64,000 nt of DNA from Squalus acanthias (GCA_030390025.1 CM059433.1:9178001-9242000), one strand, 5' to 3'; positions 48,005 to 61,764 are shown, counted from the stretch's first letter. Notes: a model not told the origin generated them from the sequence alone. Made by a program: numbers and translations.

Positions 48005-48768
48005 TATTCACTTAGGTAGGAAGAAGAGAAAAACAGAATATTTTTAAATGGTGAGAAACTATTAATGCTGGTGTTTGGAGATTTAGGTGCCCTCGTACAG
48101 GAAACAGTTATCATGCAGGTACAGCAAGCAATTGGGAAGGTAAATAGCATGTTGGCCTTTATTGCAAGGGGGTTGGAGTACAAGAGTAAGGAAGTCTTGC
48201 TACAATTGTACAAGGCTTTGGCAAGACCACACCTGGAGTACTGTGCACAGTTTTGGGCTCCTTAGCTGAAGGATATACATGCCTTAGAGGCAGTGCAACA
48301 AAGGTTCACTAGATTAATTGCTGGGCTGAGAGGGTTGTCCTATGAGGAGAGATTGGGCCTGTACTCTCTGGAGTTTAGAAGAATGAGATATGATCTCATT
48401 GAAACATACAAGATTCTGAGGGGGACGGAGAGGGTAGATGCTGAGAGGTTGTTTCCCCTGGCTGGAGAGTCGAGAACTAGAGGACATAGTCTTAGGATAA
48501 GGGGTCAGCCATTTAAGACTGCGATGAGGAAGAATCTTTTCACTCAGAGGGTTGTGAATCATTGGAATTCTCTACCTCAAAGTGCTGTGGATACTCAGTC
48601 TGAGTATATTCAAGGTTGAGATCGATAGATTTTTGGACTCGAGGGGAATCAAGGGATATGGAGATCGGGTGGGAAAGTAGAGTTGAGGTCGAAGATCAGT
48701 CATGATCTTATTGGATGGCAGAGCAGGCTCGAGGGGCCGAATGGCCTACTCCTGCTCCTAATTCTTAT
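48005..48768 (+). mobile_element. CR1 3' end
   Basis: MLAFIARGLEYKSKEVLLQLYKALARPHLEYCAQFW; tail GGGCCGAATGGCCTACTCCTGCTCC. Confidence 0.92.
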
Positions 48769-51699
48769 GACATTTGTTCAAATTTCTTGAAAACGACTCT
48801 TTAAAATATAAAGAAAAACTGCTCATTCTCAAAAATGGCAAAACTCCCTTCTCCCAACAGCAACATAACATATTACGGGGGTTGAGGGGGCAGGGAGAGA
48901 GAGTGTTAATCCACTCACCTTTTAAAAAAAGTATTGACCAATAGCAAAGTGATTTTGAACCAGGTCGGATTGTAATGCTCCTACAGTCAGCAAACTGTAC
49001 GCAATTCTTCCAAATGCTACACCCAACCCCTGCCAATCACAGAAGCAAAACATGAACCGACCTGAATTTGCTGACTTTGCAAATGCGGTTAAATTCTACT
49101 TCCGTTTTGTACCAAATGCATTGTGCATTTAAAAACAAAGCTGGTATTGCTCTTAATTTGGTCGGTTCTGTGCATTAGTCCATTTCTAATTTTCCACTTA
49201 CTGTGGTATTGACTCCCATCAAATTCACTACATTAAATGCAATTTAACAGCATGAATTCCAAAACTGGATTGTATGTTGCAAGACATTATCTACTGAGCA
49301 GTAAGTGCTAATTATACACCCTATAATTTAAATCAATCATAATAGCCACAAGAGTCATAAAAATAAAAATAAATCCCCACTCCCCAAATTAGTGGCAATG
49401 ACATCCATTGTATAGGAAATTCTGTCAATTCATATAGCAAGTTACACAACAAGAACCCATCTCTGCAACTATTCATTAAAACAATGAAACCCAACTCGCA
49501 AATTTTTTTTATTTAAGTTTTTTTTTTGAAGAGACACAAATTCTCAGCAATTGTTTTAATCAAACATTGATAATCACACACAGATGAAACACCACTTTAT
49601 ACGAAGTTACAATCACTTGAACAATCACACGAACAGCTGGCATCATGTATCAAAACAATCAAAAAATAGCTGCTGCACTGTACAAAAGGAGAAGAATCTG
49701 AAATGACATCAGTGCAGCACTTTACTAAGTCCCCCCCCCCACCCCCCGTAGATTACAAGTACAAAATATTTTATACATTTCATTAAACAAAAAATTAGTC
49801 CAAAATATTGTACTATAATTTTGCTATAAGAATTAAAAACCAGACAACATTTTGAAAATTGGAAAGGCATATTTTGGTGATTATATTCAGTTTAAGATCG
49901 TGAAAAGCACACAGCCACTGAACATTTCTTTCACTGGGAACAAGAAACCGTAATCAGTCATGTTTAATGTGGTATTAACAGGAAAATAAAATTGATTACA
50001 AAGTCAGTATTTGAAAAGGTTTTTCCCTCCTTGTCTAAACCATTTATGAAACTCGTCCAAAGGCATTTGTAGTGGTCAAATCCAAAAACAAATTACAGGC
50101 GATCCAGAGTTGTGGGTTTTTTCTTTAGGAGTTGTGTCAATAGGAATCTAATATTTCACCTTCTGACGTATGTTTTTGAACCATTTTCTCATTTTCCTGA
50201 ACTGAACTGGAATGAATTTTAAATTCAGTTCAACTCTTCGTCCAGATAATGCAAAGTTTAAATACAAATATTTAAAACTTGTAAACTTGATACACCCACA
50301 GTGCAATGATACATACACATGGAATAAAAATTCTACCATTACTCTGCCTTAAATAGTCTTAATATTCATATCACCCATGCATCAACAGTCAAGCCCAGAA
50401 TGTTGAAACTAAGGCTAGTTATAAAGAATGAAATAAGGAACTTAGATTATGCTTAGCCCTCTCAAAAACTGTTGCTGAAACAAGCATTGAACGTACAAAG
50501 AACGCAGATATATTACTGTAGGGGTGATGGTGTATGCTACTTTATTAGTCCAGTTTCGTAGAAAAGCAGAATTCTTGGCCTTTTTCGTAATTTGCCTTAC
50601 TACACCTCCTACTTTGAACTAGTTATTTACTATGTTAGACAGCCCGCTGTGGAAAAGCTCAATGTAAAAGTGCTCAACAATTTTTTTCAAGTTTCTTGAT
50701 TTCTGATTAAATATATATCCTCAAATTCCATTTTTAAAAACAGTAATATACAACACATGAATGAATGGATCATAATATTTAAGCAACCGTGGCCATATTG
50801 TTTCAGATAAACTACAGAGAAATTACTTACTATTCTTTTTTTTTTAAAACAACTGAAGTGATCCTATTTATGGCCTGACACATTGGTAGTTATTTCATTA
50901 ACATAAATATTCTGTGCTTAGTAATGCTTCACATTAAAACTTCTTATACATCACCACTTCTTACTGAACTCGCTCAGGAAAACTGACTGAAGATTTTTTC
51001 TCAGTTCTGAACATCCACACCTGCATAGTATCAAGAGCTCACATTTTAGCAATGTCAACGCTAGTAATATCAATTTAGAAATTAATTTTCCATTTATCCC
51101 TTGAAACAATTTCAAGTACTTGTTTTCTTGTTGATCCAGTAAAAGTACAAGTGTTTCTTTTTATTAAAAAAAGCTTAAAATTTGACGCCAGAAATTATTT
51201 AAAAATCAGAAAGGATTAAAAAAAAATGTTTATTGCCCAGTATCTCCACATAGCACTCAATTCTATAAAAGATTCATAGCATCCGATACAAATGCTCTGC
51301 TCCATTTAACAGCAGTCGATGCAAAAACCTAACTACAACCGAGGGTGGGGGCGGGGGGGGGGGGGGGGGGGGAGGGAAGGAAGAGTCTATAACATGAACC
51401 ATCTATTCAAAAAGATTATACAAACTGACTGCGGCATTTCATTGTTTGATACGGAATTTTGTTTTGATGGTGTAACTCCATTATATGCTACCAATAGAAT
51501 ATACAGGACATTACCCAAACTAAAGCTAAGGGGACTACAAAAAATAAAAATAAAAACTCCCATGTAATTCTTTACTTTTTAAAAAAAAATGTAATTTCTC
51601 ACAATCAGGGCTAATTAAGAAAAAAACCATCCCAAACATGTTAAACCATATTGACCGATAGCCCCGTTATATATTATAGAACCACTTCACAAATCAAAA

Positions 51700-53200
51700 A
51701 AGGAAAAAAGTATTCAAGGTTTAAAAACTGCATGCGGTCAAGCAGTCATGGTTTTCCACAAGGGGGTATTCGAGTTCGGGAACAGGATAACAAACTGGAT
51801 TAAAAATTGTTTAATACAATACTGCGGATGCTGGAAATCGGAAATGGAAAATGCTGGAAGCACTCAGCAGGACAGGCAGCATCCGTGGAGAGAGAAAAAC
51901 CAGCGGAGAATTAAAGTGACAGGCGATCGGAAGCTCGGGGTCACCCTTACGGACTGAACGGAGGTGTCCCGCAAAGCGGTCGCCCAATCTGCATTTGGCC
52001 TCCCCAATGTAGAGACGACCGCATCGTGAGCAGCGAATACAGTATACTAAATTGCAAGATGTACAAGTAAATCGCTGTTTCTCCTGGAAGGGGTGTTTGG
52101 GGCCCTGGACAGTGAGAAGGGAGGAGGTAAAAGGGCAGGTGTTGCATCTCCTGCGCTTGCACGGGAAGGTGCCGGGCGAAGGGGAAGGGCCGATTGAGGA
52201 GTGGACCAGGGTGTCGTGGAGGGAAAATTGTTTAGACGGGAGAAAACAGAGGGCAGGAGTTTCAGAGTGATGGGAAGCGGATAGTGGTGTCCCTCGGGGT
52301 TCAGTTCTGGGCCACTTCTGCTCACTGTGTACATCAATGATTTGATATCGGCCTAGGAGGGAGTAATGCCGAAATTTGTAAATGACACCAAAATAAGAGA
52401 TAATAGTTAATTCTTTAGAAGACCAAATAAAGCTGCATAGAAATAGATAAAATGGAGGAACGAGATGGGTTAAAAGTGGCAGATGGAATTCAATGTCACC
52501 GAGTGTGAGGTGATGCATTTTGGTAAAAAACAGTAATTGCACTTTGAATGGAAGTAGGTTCAGTGCTGTGGAAGAGCAGATGGGCGTGGGCTACAGGCTC
52601 ACAGTACATTAAAGACAGCATCGCAGACTAATAAGGTTTCAAAACAAATGCTAATGGAATAAAGTCAAGGTAATGCTGAGCTTAAGACCTCAGTTAGAAT
52701 ACAGTGTGCAGTATTGGACTCTACACTATCGGAAGGATACTGAGGTTTTAGAGAGAGGGTACAGCACAGATTCACTAGGATGCTGCTTGGTATGAGGAAA
52801 TACAAATACGAAGACAGACTTGAAAAATTGCGTTTTTTCCTCGTTGGAACAATGCAGATTACAGGGCGATATGATAGAAGTGTTTATTAAAGGATGGGAC
52901 AGGAGAGTGAAGCAGACTATTTCCAGTAGTTGATCCCACAATGAAGGGCCATTGATACAAGATTAAATGTAAAAGATTTAGAACCGGGGCAGGAGAATCT
53001 ATAAAAGAGCTCAGAGGCAGTGGAAATCACTTCCAGCATTAGTGGTGGAGGCAGAAACTGTGTCAACAGTCAAGATTAGATTGAATAGGTGGACGAAGGG
53101 ATGAATATAGGGCAGGTAAACGCGATTAGAGCTATTTGCTCACGGAGAGAGGAAACGCCGATATGGACTGGTTGGGCCGAATGGCCTGTTTCTGTGTTGT
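51700..53200 (+). mobile_element. Old CR1 RT/3' fragment with a PLE insertion
   Basis: GGTGTCCCTCGGGGTTCAGTTCTGGGCC, AAATTTGTAAATGACACCAAA, tail GGGCCGAATGGCCTGTTTCTGTG. Confidence 0.8.
51814..52223 (-). mobile_element. Penelope-like element fragment encoding part of the GIY-YIG endonuclease, with an 11-bp TSD
   Basis: GTFPCKRRRCNTC...FTCTSCNLVYCIRCSRCGRLYIGE.K.RL..RF..H (PLE CCHH and GIY-YIG motifs). AAAATTGTTTA at 51803-51813 and 52224-52234. Confidence 0.9.
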
Positions 53201-54319
53201 AATTTTTTAAATTCCCACTCAACACATCTCGTTGGGGGAACGTGCTTTTTATAAATCTACCAAGGACAATACTAGAGAGATTATTGCACGCAAGAACATT
53301 CTTAATGGACTGCGGGGGGTGAAGAGAGAGGAGAGGGAAACCAATGCCACAGGTCTTTTGCTTGGAAAATATACATTTAAAAATAAAATGCTCTATTGAT
53401 AGCTGCAGATTATCAAGAGCAGCAGCAGATCACATGGACGGAACAATGTGCAGCCAAATGGGGAAAAAAACTGGTCATTAGACGCAGATCACAAACTACA
53501 GGCATTATAGAATAATCAGATACAGGTGTAAATTTCTGTGACTGCAGGATTGGTATTTCAGACCTGTGAAAATCAAATGCTAATGCACATATGTTAAACA
53601 GTGGACAGTATAACAATAATGGCAAACTTTGCGATGTTCAATTGTGGTTTTTTTTAATATAAACAGTAAGAATTTTACTTAAAATAATTAAAAATAAGCT
53701 GGACTTTCACAGATAGTCGTTGTTGGAATTTAGTCGTCTCGGAGCAGGAAGTTACTCTTACAGAAAGTGGTTTTACAAAAAGGAAAAAAAAGGCATCACA
53801 ACATAATTGCAGAGTATTGATATGAATCCACATCAAAAGTGACTGTTGCTAACACTGCAAGCAGAGGACTGGATTCCTGCAGAAAGAAGCACAGCTTCCC
53901 CAAATTAACGTGGGCACTTAAATACAAAAGAATTCTCAGGTCTTGGCAGTCAAACACTTCAATTCCCGATTCCAAAGCAAGCGCCCTCTAAAATGCCACG
54001 TGCTATTTATGGTTTGGATAATAGATGCAGAATGACAAAAAAAAACGTCCCAAACAAATCGCACAATTAAAATATCACACCCTCCAAGTTTCTACGAATT
54101 TAAACTCCGAATATAAACTATCCTGGCAATTAAATGTCTCTGTACAAGTTATTATAAGTTTGCTACGTGCCTAAGTACGTGCAGTACTCCTTTGCAAGTA
54201 CTTTTTTTTTTAAATTTCTCTCACTTCTCCCATCTTCCACGCCCCCAAACATACTGCAAAGCCTCAAGAGCCAATGCCACTCCTGCAATTACAGAGCAAA
54301 TGGAATAGAGTTACCCTAA

Positions 54320-54591
54320 AATGTGCGGGTTAGGTTGGTTTGGCTATGATAAATTGACCCTTAGTGTTAGGGGGGGATTAAATATGTGGGGTTATGGGGA
54401 TAGGATGGGATATGTTAGGGGGAATTAAATACGTGGGGTTACAGGGGTAGGGTGGGATATGTGTACTGTGGGGATTAAAGCAGGGACAGGGTACTGGATT
54501 TGGATGATCAGCCATGATCGTATTGAATGGTGGAGCAGGCTCGACGGGCCGAATGGCCTACTCCTGCTCCTAGATTCTATGTTTCTATGTT
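54320..54591 (+). mobile_element. HE1-like V-SINE, 5'-truncated
   Basis: Near-identical to 4841-5120, including the internal tandem duplication and the CR1 tail. Confidence 0.9.
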
Positions 54592-55887
54592 TACCCTGAA
54601 GTGGAATCAACAATTTGTTCTGCTCGCTATCTATCCAACACAACAGCAATAGACATAAAACTGTGGGACTTCAACCAATACCGTCTGGTCAGGAAAACTG
54701 TGCTGTCAACTTTAACCTACTGGGTTGCCAATGAACACATAATATATGCCAACTAGTTTATTTACCTACAACCTATTTCAATGGACGTCCTCAATGGTGT
54801 AAATCACATGATACCACATTCCTTCAGATTCTAGACCACCCACCCAATGAATAAAATTAAAAGTAAAAAAACACTGTTTTCAAATTCACTTAATAGATTA
54901 TATCATAACAATTAGCTGGTCGTGAGTAATGAGGCTAAATCCCTGAAAGAGACAGTCTTGCACCCTTTGCTCTGGAGCCAACTCAGGCTCAGACTTTGGA
55001 TTTGCACATCTCGATCACTGCTACAGTTGTAGTGTAAATGCAGTCTCCGATAGCTTAACTCGCACACTGTCTCCCAAAAGCTCCCAAAAAAACTGGACGG
55101 GGGAAAAAAGGAGGGGAAATAGGCATGCTTATTTTTAATTTAAAAAGGAACTAATTAATCTTACCAAATGTGACTTTTTTTCCTACATATAGTACACAAA
55201 AAGATCTCAGTATTTGAGTCAACTGATGCGTAAAAGAAAACAAAAACAAAACAGGGTCAACCAAGTTAACTTGTAAATTTCTGAGTTAAAAACCAAGTAT
55301 GAAGCAAGTTGTGTGATCGCCCTATTACAATGAAGTCATGTTAATTTTCACAGATTAACTGCAGTTCTTTGGGACGAGTCAGTCAGCCAAGACTTATCCA
55401 CCTTGAAATAGTTTAATGGAACAAAGTGTCTCATCATATCTGGGGCCACGTACAGTTTTTGGTTTTGTACAAAAGATTCGAGTTGGATTGGCTGTACATG
55501 CCTCATACAGCACAATGACATGGCTTATCGAAAAGTGCGGTTATAATAACCCCTCGAAGGCAAGAAAACTGGTCGTCTCTGGACTGGAATAGTGTGCATA
55601 GTAGAGATTAATTCTAACCAGCTAACTTTTTATGGTCTGCGTAGTGCAGCTAATCACTTGTTACCTTCATTCTTCCTCCACTTTACTTCACCTTTTTAAG
55701 TCAAATATAAATGAGTGTTTGCTTCTGTGCGGCATTTCAAAAAAAAATTTATTTGAAGTATTTTGTCACTTGAGAATACTTTGCACAAGTCCAACAGCAC
55801 AGTACCCTCTTTAATATGCCCTCAGTAGTTAAAGAAGGTAATGAATTTATTTGCAGTCCTAACCTCCCATTCAAATGCACTTGGTGT

Positions 55888-56071
55888 TCACGAAGGTCTT
55901 GGTATCTGGTTTAAGTTGTTATTCATAGCAGAATAACTGTTCGTGGGCAACACATTTTCCACTTCTAGCCGTTTCTTTGAGTGATTCTGTTCATTTTCTT
56001 TTTGTCTTGGCTTCATTGGCAATACTAATATGACCAACAGGGCAACAATATGGAGACAATAATTCCAAGAG
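55888..56071 (-). CDS. MBOAT2: Last coding exon of lysophospholipid acyltransferase 2 (membrane-bound O-acyltransferase domain-containing 2)
   Basis: Acceptor CTAACTTTAACTTTTTTCCCCCCCTAG|C (phase 2). Translates SWNYCLHIVALLVILVLPMKPRQKENEQNHSKKRLEVENVLPTNSYSAMNNNLNQIPRPS*, resembling the human MBOAT2 C-terminus (SWYYCLHILGILVLLLLPVK...NSFSTTNN..NQ). LPMKP also resembles MBOAT1, but the tail length favours MBOAT2. Confidence 0.85.
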
Positions 56072-56764
56072 CTAGGGGGGGAAAAAAGTTAAAGTTAGTT
56101 AAGTATAGCAAGCAGATGCAAGTACTGAAACTGCAAATTAAACTAATTACATTTTTTTTTTCCAAAAATATTTCTTTGGTACCAAGAAAGCTACCCATCT
56201 AAATGATCAGATTCATTGCAGGGGCAAAAAAGATAAGCGTCTAAATGAGATAATGCAATCTAAAGCACCAAATGCATCTCTTCAAAAATACTGTGTCATA
56301 CAATGGAGAATTGGAATGAATATATAGATCTTGGTTCATCAAGAAAGACAGATGACTTACCAAACATCCAGTCATCCTTACTCTAATCTACATAATGGGA
56401 CACTTCCCCATACCCTGGGGATTATGAACTTTTATAGTCAGTAGATGCATGAAATATATACACTTGCCCCATTACATTTGGCCTGGGGTATAGAACATAA
56501 CCTTGTGATTTTTCTTCCTCCTCTCTTGCACTCTATTTCCATTTAATTTTACAGAACAAAGGCAATTCAGTGATATTCCTTAATCACTTGAAATGCACCA
56601 CCACTGAAATCCTCAAAAATGGACGAAGTTTAGAACCTTGTATTAAACTGACAAATGATAACTCTAAAGCGGTCAGATAATAGCAAAGACCTGAGGAAAG
56701 ATGGGAGACATACTAGTTATGACGGACATCTTCATTCAGTGAATGGAGGGCAACTAACTATAAA

Positions 56765-58040
56765 GAAAAACGAACAACTTGTATTTATATAGTGCCTTTA
56801 ACGCAGTAAAACGTTCCAAGGCGCTTCACAGGAATGTTAGACGACAAAAAATTGACACCGAGCCACATAAGAAATTAGGGCAGGTGACCAAAAGCTTGGT
56901 CAAAGAGGTAGGTTTTAAGGAGCGTCTTAAAGGAGGAAAGAGAGGTGGAGAGGTTTAGGCAGGGAGTTCCAGAGCTTAGGGCCCAGGCAGCTGAAGGCAC
57001 AGCTACTGATGGTTGAGCGATTATAATCAGGGATGCTCAAGAGGGCAGAATTTGAGGAGCGCAGATATTCGGGGGGGGGGGGGTTGTGGGGCTGAATGAG
57101 ATTACAGAGATGGGGGGGGGCAGGCAAAGAGAGGCCATGGAGGGATTTGAAAACAAGGATGAGAGTTTTGAAATCAAGGCGTTGCTTAACCGGGAGCCAA
57201 TGTAGGTCAGCGGGCACAGGGGAGATGGGCGAATGGGACTTGGTGCGAGTTAGGACACGGGCAGCCGAGTTTTGGATGACCTCAAGTTTACGCAGGGTAG
57301 AATGTGGGAGGCCAGCCAGGAGTGCTTTGGAATAGTCAAGTCTAGAGGTAACAAAGGCATGGATGAGGGTTTCAGCAGCGGATGAGCGGAGGCAGGGGTG
57401 GAACTAGGAGGTCTTAGTTATGCCATGGATGTGTGGTCGGAAGCTTATTTCAGGGTCAAATATGACACCAAGGTTGCGAACAGTCTGGTTCAGCCTTACA
57501 GAGAGGGATGGAGTCAGTGGCTAGGGAACGGAGTATGTAGCGGGGACCAAAGACAATGGCTTCGGTCTTCCCAATATTTAATTGGAGAAAATTTCTGCTC
57601 ATCCAGAACTGGATGTCGGACAAGCAGTGTGTCAATTTAGAGACCGTGGAGGGGTCGAGAGAAGTGGTGGTGAGGTAGAGCTGGGTGTCGTCAGCATGCA
57701 TGTGGAAACTGACGCCGTGTTTTTGGATGATGTCACCGATGGGTACCATGTTGATGAGAAATAAGAGGGGGCCAAGGATAGATCCTTGGGGGACACCAGA
57801 GGTAACGATGTGGGAGTGGGAAGAGAAGCCGTTGCAGGTGATTCTCTGGCTACGATTGGATAGATAAGAATGGAACCAGGTTAGTGCATTCCCACCCAGC
57901 TGGACGATGGTGGAGATGCGTTGGAGAAGGATGGAGTAGTCACCTGTGTCAAAGGCTGCAGACAGGTGGAGAAGGGACGGTTTACCTTTGTCACAGTCAC
58001 AAAGGAGGTCATTTGTGACTTTGAGCGCCGTTTTGGTACT
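56765..58040 (-). mobile_element. L2 LINE, RT to 3' end
   Basis: SFHMHADDTQLYL, WMSRNFLQLNIGKTE, LHWLPVKQRLDFK; tail AAAGGCACTATATAAATACAAGTTG. Confidence 0.92.
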
Positions 58041-58604
58041 GAATAATCCACCTTTCTTTTAGAGCTAAAGAAGTGAAATTAAAACAAAACTCGAAGCAAA
58101 AAAAACCTCCCCAAAAAACACACAGCTGCTTGAGTGACTGGGATCATCTGCTTCACACCCGTCCGCCGACATCCACATCAAACAAACTTGTTCTTTTCGC
58201 GTTCCCAGCGGGTCAGGAACAATTCCTTGCATTTCCAGCTCTCAGCCAGTCCGCACCCTGCCGTCTCCAGCCAGTGACACGCAAACCCGAACTCTCCTCC
58301 CCACAAAAAAAAGTCGGCAACCTGACGGGCCCTGGGTCTCCAACAGCCCCGCTCCCTCCACCGTGCAACTTTCCGGCACATAAATCAGTGCTGCCGCAGT
58401 AACGGGATTTCGGCTCAAATCGGCACAGTGGTGGTTTCAATTCGCCGACATTAATGATCCAAGATTATCCCATGCAACTGGTTCGGGGAAAAGTTCACGC
58501 AAGGAATAAAAAAAAACTTCCAGCAGACCGCACGAAGCCAGCAGGAGACTTGTGGTTAACAATGGCGACTCGCCCTTGGTTGAACTTTAAAACTTACTGA
58601 TTCA

Positions 58605-58826
58605 GAATCATAGATTAGTACAGCACGGAAGGAGGCCATTTGGCCCAGAGTCTGCATCGGCTCTTTTGAAGAGCAATCCCGTTAGTCCCACTCCACTGCT
58701 CTTTCCCCATATCCCTGCAACTTTTTCTCCTTCAAGTATTTATCCAATTTCCTTTTAGAGACTACTATTGAATCTGTATCCACCACCTCATCAGGCAGTG
58801 CATTCCAAATCCTAACCACTCGTTGA
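58605..58826 (-). mobile_element. CR1 3' end fragment
   Basis: QRVVRIWNALP...KLDKYLKEKKLQGYG; AGAATCATAG tail. Confidence 0.85.
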
Positions 58827-59539
58827 GAAAGGCGGCCTTGGTCACACATGTGGGGCAGAAAATAAACCCCAAACACATCCTGTCGGTTCAGTGACCAAGC
58901 GGCCATTTCATACCAGAATCTTTGCTTAAATACAAATGACTTCCATTCCCCGTGGATGGCAGGTGGTGGTGGTGATGCGTAAACACCGCAAGATTTATAA
59001 CTGTGACGTTGAAGGTTTTTCTCGCAGGCCCACAAATTTAGTGTCCATCAAGGTAAAAGGATGTTAGTAGTGGAGAATGGAACAGTTTGCCGACTTTTCG
59101 GCTTGAGGGCAAAACGAAAGTGAAATGAAACAATGTCACACATTGGGTTTTTTTTTTTAAAAAAAGATTGTAAACCGCAGTGTCAAAAGTTTCGGAGATT
59201 TCTAACATGCATGTCCACGATCTGGAACCTCAAGTGGTCTCATCCGCTTTCTCCACTGCTCAGTGCCCGCAATTTACCCCGAAAGGCCTCGCCCGTTGCA
59301 GCGTTTCCCTTCTCGCTTGCGGTGCTGCAAACTGAAGGCTGCCCCACCTCCTGCACCATTACTCACTCTGCTCTTCCCAGCCACATCGCTCCTCTCCATG
59401 AGACTGAAAAATAAACAAAGCTGGGCCCCAATGGAAGGCTTTTCCAAATAAGAGCGCCCTTCGCTGCATTACCAGCCAGCCAACCTCAGCTCTCCTCCCA
59501 CATACTCCAATGAGGTCATTGGAAGGAACCCAAACGTGA

Positions 59540-59699
59540 ACACTCTGGTCCCGCCTCCTCCCCAATCCTCACGGAAAAATTGCAGACTGTAAAAAGGAAC
59601 CAAAGATCTTCTCCAACGAATAATTGGTCAATGCTTCGCAGACCCCCCCGCCCCTCCCCCCCGGGAACGTCTCCGCGAACCCCAGTTTGAAAACCACTG
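59540..59699. mobile_element. Solitary hAT (Charlie-type) terminus
   Basis: Ends CCGCGAACCCCAGTTTGAAAACCACTG (reverse complement CAGTGGTTTTCAAACTGGGGTTCGCGG). Partner TIR not found. Confidence 0.5.
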
Positions 59700-59780
59700 C
59701 CCTAGGCCACTACGCAAATTAGCATCTCCAAGAAGTTGGAAGCATCCAGCTGTCTTGGGTTACTACCTATGCCTAAAGTG

Positions 59781-61480
59781 TCATAGAATCAGAAGTTTAC
59801 AGCACAGAAGGAGGCCAGCTGGCCCATCGTGTCTGTGCCAGCCAAAAGAGAGCTATCCAGCCGAATCCCACTTTCCAGCTCTTGGTCCATAGCCATGTAG
59901 GTTACAGCACTTCAAGTGCATATCCAAGTACTTATTATATGCAATCAGGGTTCCTGCCTCTACCACCCTTTCAGGCAGTGAGTTCCAGACCCCCACCACC
60001 CTCTGGGTGCAAACATTTCATCAACTCCCCTCTAATCCTTCTACCAATTACTTTAAATCTATGCCCCCTGGTTATTGACTCTCTGCTAAGGGAAATAGGT
60101 CCTTCCTATCCACTCTAAGCCCCTCAATTTTATAGACCTCAATTAAATTTCCCCTCAGCCTCCTCTGTTCCAAAGTAAACAATCCCAGCCTATCCACTCT
60201 TTCCTCATAACTAAAATTCTCCAGCCCTGGCAACATCCTCGTAAATTTCCTCTGTACCCTCTCTAGTGCAATCACATCTTTCCTGTAATGTGGTGACCAG
60301 AACTGTACGCAGTACTCTAGCTGTGGCCTAACTAGTGTCTTATACTGTTATAGCATAACCTCCCTGCTCTTGTATTCAATCCTCAGCTTCCCTTTTTTGC
60401 CCCTTATCCCACCCTGTATGCCCCGTGACATCCAGGGGGCTCTAGGTTTGGGAGTCCCACCCTTTTTCTTTGTGGGAACATATTTGCTCTGAACCCTCAC
60501 TATCTCCTCCTTGAATGCCTCCCACTGCTCTGACACTGATTTACCTTCAAGTTTCTGTCTCCAGTCCACTTTGGGTAAATCACATCTCAGCTCAGTAAAA
60601 TTGGCCTTTCACCAATTGAGAACTTTTACTCCTGGTCTATCTTTGTCCTTTTCCAGAACTACGCTTAATCTAACTGAATTATGATCACTACCAAAATGCT
60701 CTCCCACTGATGCCCCTTCCACTTGCCCAGCTTCATTCCCTAAAACTAAGTCCAGAACTGCCCCCTCTCTTGTTGGTCTTGCTACGTACGGGCTAAAAAA
60801 AGTTCTCCTGAATGCATTTCAAGAATTCTGCTCCCTCTATACCTTTTACATTGATTCTATCTCACTTAATACTAGGGTAGTTCAAATCCCCTATTACTGC
60901 CCTATTGTTTTTGCACTTCAGAAATTTACCTACATATTTGCTCTACTCCCTCTGACTGTTTGGGGGTCTATAGTACACTCCCAGCAGTGTCATTGCTGCT
61001 TTTTTGTTCTTCAGTTCAATTCATATGGTCTCATTTGATGATCCATCTATTGATCATCCCTCTTCACAGCTGTAATTATTTCTTTAACCAATACTGCAAA
61101 CCACCCACCACCACCCGCCCGCCCCCCCCCCTTTTTTATCCCTCGCTCTATCTGGTCTGAAAACCCTGTAACCAGGAATGTTGAGCTGCAATTCCTGCTC
61201 TACTTTAAGTCATGTTTCAGTAACTAGAATATCACACTTCCACATGTCCATCTGTGCCCTCAGCTCATCTGCCTTATTGACTAGACTTCTTGCATTGAAG
61301 TATACACCATTAAGCACTGCCAAACTCCTTTGCTGTCTATTTTCTAGCCTTCGTTTCCTCCGCCTTACAAACTCACTTACTAATTTTCAGCCTTCCATTT
61401 CCAGCTTTGCTTCTCTCCCTTCTGAATCTATGCTCGGGTTCCCATCCCCCAGCCAAGCTAGTTTAAACCCTCCCCAACAG
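59781..61480 (-). mobile_element. CR1 with a large internal deletion removing the RT core
   Basis: APE region 61300-60600 and WEAFKEEI...PWM fused directly to IEYKSREVML near 60385; intact 3' tail at 59781. Confidence 0.85.
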
Positions 61481-61764
61481 CAAAAGGACTGCTCTGGAGA
61501 GTTGATAGCACTGTCTGATAAACTATTATTGTTGTATTGTCCCAGGTTTCTTGGCTGCTTCCCACAATGCCAGACATGGTAGCTGTGCTGATCATCCAGA
61601 ATCCATATTGCACCTGTTTAGATAGACACAAAACTTCTGAGACTTTGGCATGCCTGGCAGATATTTACAGCTTCTCTGCAAGCATATGTGAGCATACTTT
61701 ATTCCAGATGAAAAGATCAACAAACTCTCTGTGAAAGATGAGGCGCTTTGACCAATATGATCAC

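Larger units (their letters stand above)
49490..55887 (-). other. MBOAT2: Probable long 3' UTR of MBOAT2
   Basis: Follows the stop codon. AT-rich with many U-rich and UGUA tracts on the minus strand. AATAAA (minus) at 49508-49513 and ATTAAA at 49555-49560, then GU-rich sequence. Other AATAAA hexamers lie nearer the stop, so the true end is uncertain. Confidence 0.5.

Noticed and set aside
51811..52542. 243-aa ORF with a GIY-YIG-like segment
   Set aside because: Chimera of antisense CR1 sequence and a PLE fragment bounded by an 11-bp TSD; not a host gene.
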